From an uncultured Verrucomicrobiae bacterium (GTDB lineage Bacteria; Verrucomicrobiota; Verrucomicrobiia; Verrucomicrobiales; Akkermansiaceae): DNA of 64,000 nucleotides. Each line of letters begins with the position of its first letter. Position 1 is the first letter of the stretch. A model generated the notes under the pieces. That model saw only the letters and a program-made list of their open reading frames with translations, ran no database searches and was not told the DNA's origin. Location of the stretch: NCBI GenBank assembly GCA_963758175.1, contig CAVWUI010000010.1:12627-76626 (forward strand), given 5' to 3'. A program made the position numbers and the translations under genes. Positions 61,805-64,000 of the stretch are shown in pieces.

Positions 61805-62668
61805 TGGAAAAACGCAACATGAGAAAGAACCCCGTTACATCCGGAAACCGCCGGGTCAGCCACTTTGTGAGCATGGCTCTGGTGATTCTGACCTTTTTTT
61901 TCACGGGGTGTGGAGGGGAAAAGAAGAATGTAGGCACTCTATCCGGCTCTTCCATGGGCACCACATGGACGCTAGCCTGGCGGGGGGCTGCCGTTCCTGG
62001 AATGGAAAAAGCTGTGACCGAGACTCTCTTGAAATGGGAACTGGTCATGAGCCAATGGAAGCAGGATTCAGATCTTTCCCGTGCGAACCGGGGTGAAGCC
62101 CGGTCCAGGAGAATTGGAACGGGTCATCAACCTCGCCAAAGAGATCCAGGACATCAGCGCCGGAGCTTTCGACTACCGTTTGCTCAGAGAGACTTCGGAC
62201 GCCGGGTTCGGACCTGAAGGACGCGGTTTGGATCTATCAGGCATCGGTAAAGGTTTCGCGGTGGACAGGGTGGGGGAGAGGTTGCGCGAGATGGGAATAA
62301 AGGATTTCATCTTCGAACTCGGGGGGGAAGTCCTCGCGGGTGAAGGTGAATGGAATGTTGAGATCGAATCGCCAGATCCGGTTTCACGCGTCATTCTCCG
62401 CACCGAGAATCTCAACAACCGCGCTCTCGCCACCAGCGGGAACTACCGTCAGTTCAAGCCAGATCCCGGAGGCCTCGCCAGCCACATTATCGATCCTCGG
62501 ACGGGCAAGCCCGTCATCCGGGGCTCCTCCTCCGTTACCGTTATCGCGGAAGACTGCGCGACCGCCGACGCGTGGGCAACCGCGCTTTTCGTCCTCGGGC
62601 CGGAGATCTCCGCGCCAGATGGGCTGACCGTCAGATGGCAAAAAGGGAAGAAGGCGGCTCCCTACTGA
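61804..62668 (+). CDS. apbE: FAD:protein FMN transferase (lipoprotein), frameshift at about 62099
   Basis: Lipobox FFTGC; SMGTTW; DLSGIGKGFAVD; ELGGE; ATSGNY; SHIIDPRTG; ADAWATAL. Confidence 0.92.
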
Positions 62669-63231
62669 TCCCACTGGAACCTCTCCCGTATAGCCCGGCT
62701 AAGATCCGCTCCATCGATTCGCGCCAGCCCACTCGCATGCGAGATCTCCAGCCCGTCGTCTGTCACCTTCGTGATGATGACCTTGTCAAACTGGCGTCCG
62801 GTTCTGAGAAATAGGTGGTCAAACTTTTCACCAACCGCGTTTCGCCAGGTCGCGCTTCTATATTCTTCGCGGTATCGGGCGAGATCTTTCTCAAGGTCGG
62901 GTATTGCGGCCATAAGCTCCGTCTTTCTTTCCAGGAGCCTCTCCATTTCCATTGAAACGACTGAGTTTGCGGCTTCGAGTTCACTATTTCTGTTCGAATT
63001 CGACTCTGCGGTGATTTTTCTGAAAGCTAGCCGCTCTTCGTAGTCATCGATCCGTCCCTTGAGTTGGCTGATCTTTTCCCCGTTCACGATCAGGCGGGTT
63101 TGGACGGAATTGGTTTGTCGCTGAAAGCTGAAACGCTGGTCAACCAGAATGGATAGGAGCACCGCTGCGAGAGTGAGCACGATGAGGCTGCCGAGCAACC
63201 AGATGATCCCGTCGTGACCGTCGGAGGACAT
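62662..63231 (-). CDS. Hypothetical TM and coiled-coil protein with a small C-terminal beta domain
   Basis: TM helix, coiled coil, then GEKFDHLFLRTGRQFDKVIITKVTDDGLEISHASGLARI. Confidence 0.75.
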   Translation of the reverse strand: MSSDGHDGIIWLLGSLIVLTLAAVLLSILVDQRFSFQRQTNSVQTRLIVNGEKISQLKGRIDDYEERLAFRKITAESNSNRNSELEAANSVVSMEMERLLERKTELMAAIPDLEKDLARYREEYRSATWRNAVGEKFDHLFLRTGRQFDKVIITKVTDDGLEISHASGLARIDGADLSRAIRERFQWDQ

Positions 63232-63239
63232 GGATAATC

Positions 63240-64000
63240 CTAAAGGGAAGCCCGGAGGTTGGCGATCTCCGCCTCCACTCCGGCGCGTTCCGCTTGCTTC
63301 GCCCTGATACGGTTCCTGATTCCGCCGGATTTGCTAAGATGCATGCGCCCCGCCGAACGCGCGGAACTAGCGGCGCTTTCGGAGTTCGCCAGATCGGATT
63401 CCAGTTGCTGGATGTCGCGGTCGATCGCGGTGAGCCTAGCTCTTTTTTCCGAAATCGTGAGCGTCGCTTTCTCTCGCGCTTCCCGCATTTCCCTCGCACG
63501 CGTGACCTCGGCCTCCGCCGCCACCGCCTTGTCCGAAATGGCGACCGCTCTGTTGTGTTCTTTCCTGATTTCCGCCTCCCGCTTGACCTCAGCGAGCATC
63601 TGATCCTTATCAAACTGGTAGTAATCCTGCATTTCCTCCGGCAGGTCCTCAAAGCCTATTCGCTTATGACCGTCCCTGTGTCGAATCTCGATTCCCACCG
63701 CGCTGACCTTCCGGACATCCACATCCGTGTAAACCTCACCGGAAAGGGTTTTCAATTCGTCCATCCTGGTGCCTTCGGCATTGTTTCTCACAAACGCGCG
63801 ATACTGGTTCTTATAGTCGTCGATGTCCTCCTCCAGGTTGGCGATATCCTTCTTTAGTCCGGCGATCTCCGATTTCCTCTGCGCTATCCTTGTGTCCAGG
63901 AAGCCGTTGTTGGCCTTCGCTTCCATCAGCTCGTTGGAAATCCGCTTCAGGTCGGGAATTTTCGAGAGAACTGTCTCGCCTGATTCGATCCGCGAGGAAC
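63240..64000 (-). CDS. Hypothetical coiled-coil protein paralogous to 62662-63231 (5' end probably outside the window)
   Basis: Shares the domain GTRMDELKTLSGEVYTDVDVRKVSAVGIEIRHRDGHKRI flanked by coiled coils. Confidence 0.75.
   Translation of the reverse strand, partial: SSRIESGETVLSKIPDLKRISNELMEAKANNGFLDTRIAQRKSEIAGLKKDIANLEEDIDDYKNQYRAFVRNNAEGTRMDELKTLSGEVYTDVDVRKVSAVGIEIRHRDGHKRIGFEDLPEEMQDYYQFDKDQMLAEVKREAEIRKEHNRAVAISDKAVAAEAEVTRAREMREAREKATLTISEKRARLTAIDRDIQQLESDLANSESAASSARSAGRMHLSKSGGIRNRIRAKQAERAGVEAEIANLRASL

Noticed and set aside
2904-62668. Programmed frameshifting or phase variation as the cause of the split genes
   Set aside because: There are no slippery heptamers or long repeat tracts, the runs are short, and the affected genes are functionally unrelated. 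Sequencing error is the simpler explanation.
1-64000. CRISPR arrays, tRNA/rRNA genes, IS elements, prophage
   Set aside because: I saw no spaced direct repeats, cloverleaf motifs, transposase, integrase or phage proteins on reading; small or degenerate elements could have been missed.

Overview
A 64-kb GC-rich chromosomal segment that looks like a free-living Verrucomicrobiota (Luteolibacter/Haloferula-like). This assignment is inferred from the PEP-CTERM, DUF1549/1553, DUF1501 and DUF1800 genes and the C/A-rich, SD-less starts. It holds about 55 genes: housekeeping genes (ppdK, uvrD/pcrA, ychF, rplM-rpsI, argB, tmk, rpe, tadA, tsaE, mscL, cutA) mixed with lineage-specific modules. I saw no tRNA, rRNA, CRISPR array, transposase, integrase or phage gene. 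About 20 single-base frameshifts, mostly in short G/C runs, split ORFs and create one false fusion (M32-Tmk); they look like sequencing or assembly errors. The main leads are: (1) an unannotated ~85-nt hairpin RNA with its own promoter and terminator and a symmetric U5-G3-U5 loop, behind a tandem LysR pair, complementary to the AAAACCC start regions of this genome; (2) a five-gene, fully ATGA-coupled pilin-led operon of unknown proteins; (3) an ApbE / tandem-FMN / NapH-like flavinylation module coupled to a secreted FAD oxidoreductase; (4) a DUF1800-DUF1501-GspG-like module; (5) histone-like tails on PPDK; (6) sigma54 and near-leaderless promoters. All family calls come from motif recognition, not database searches.
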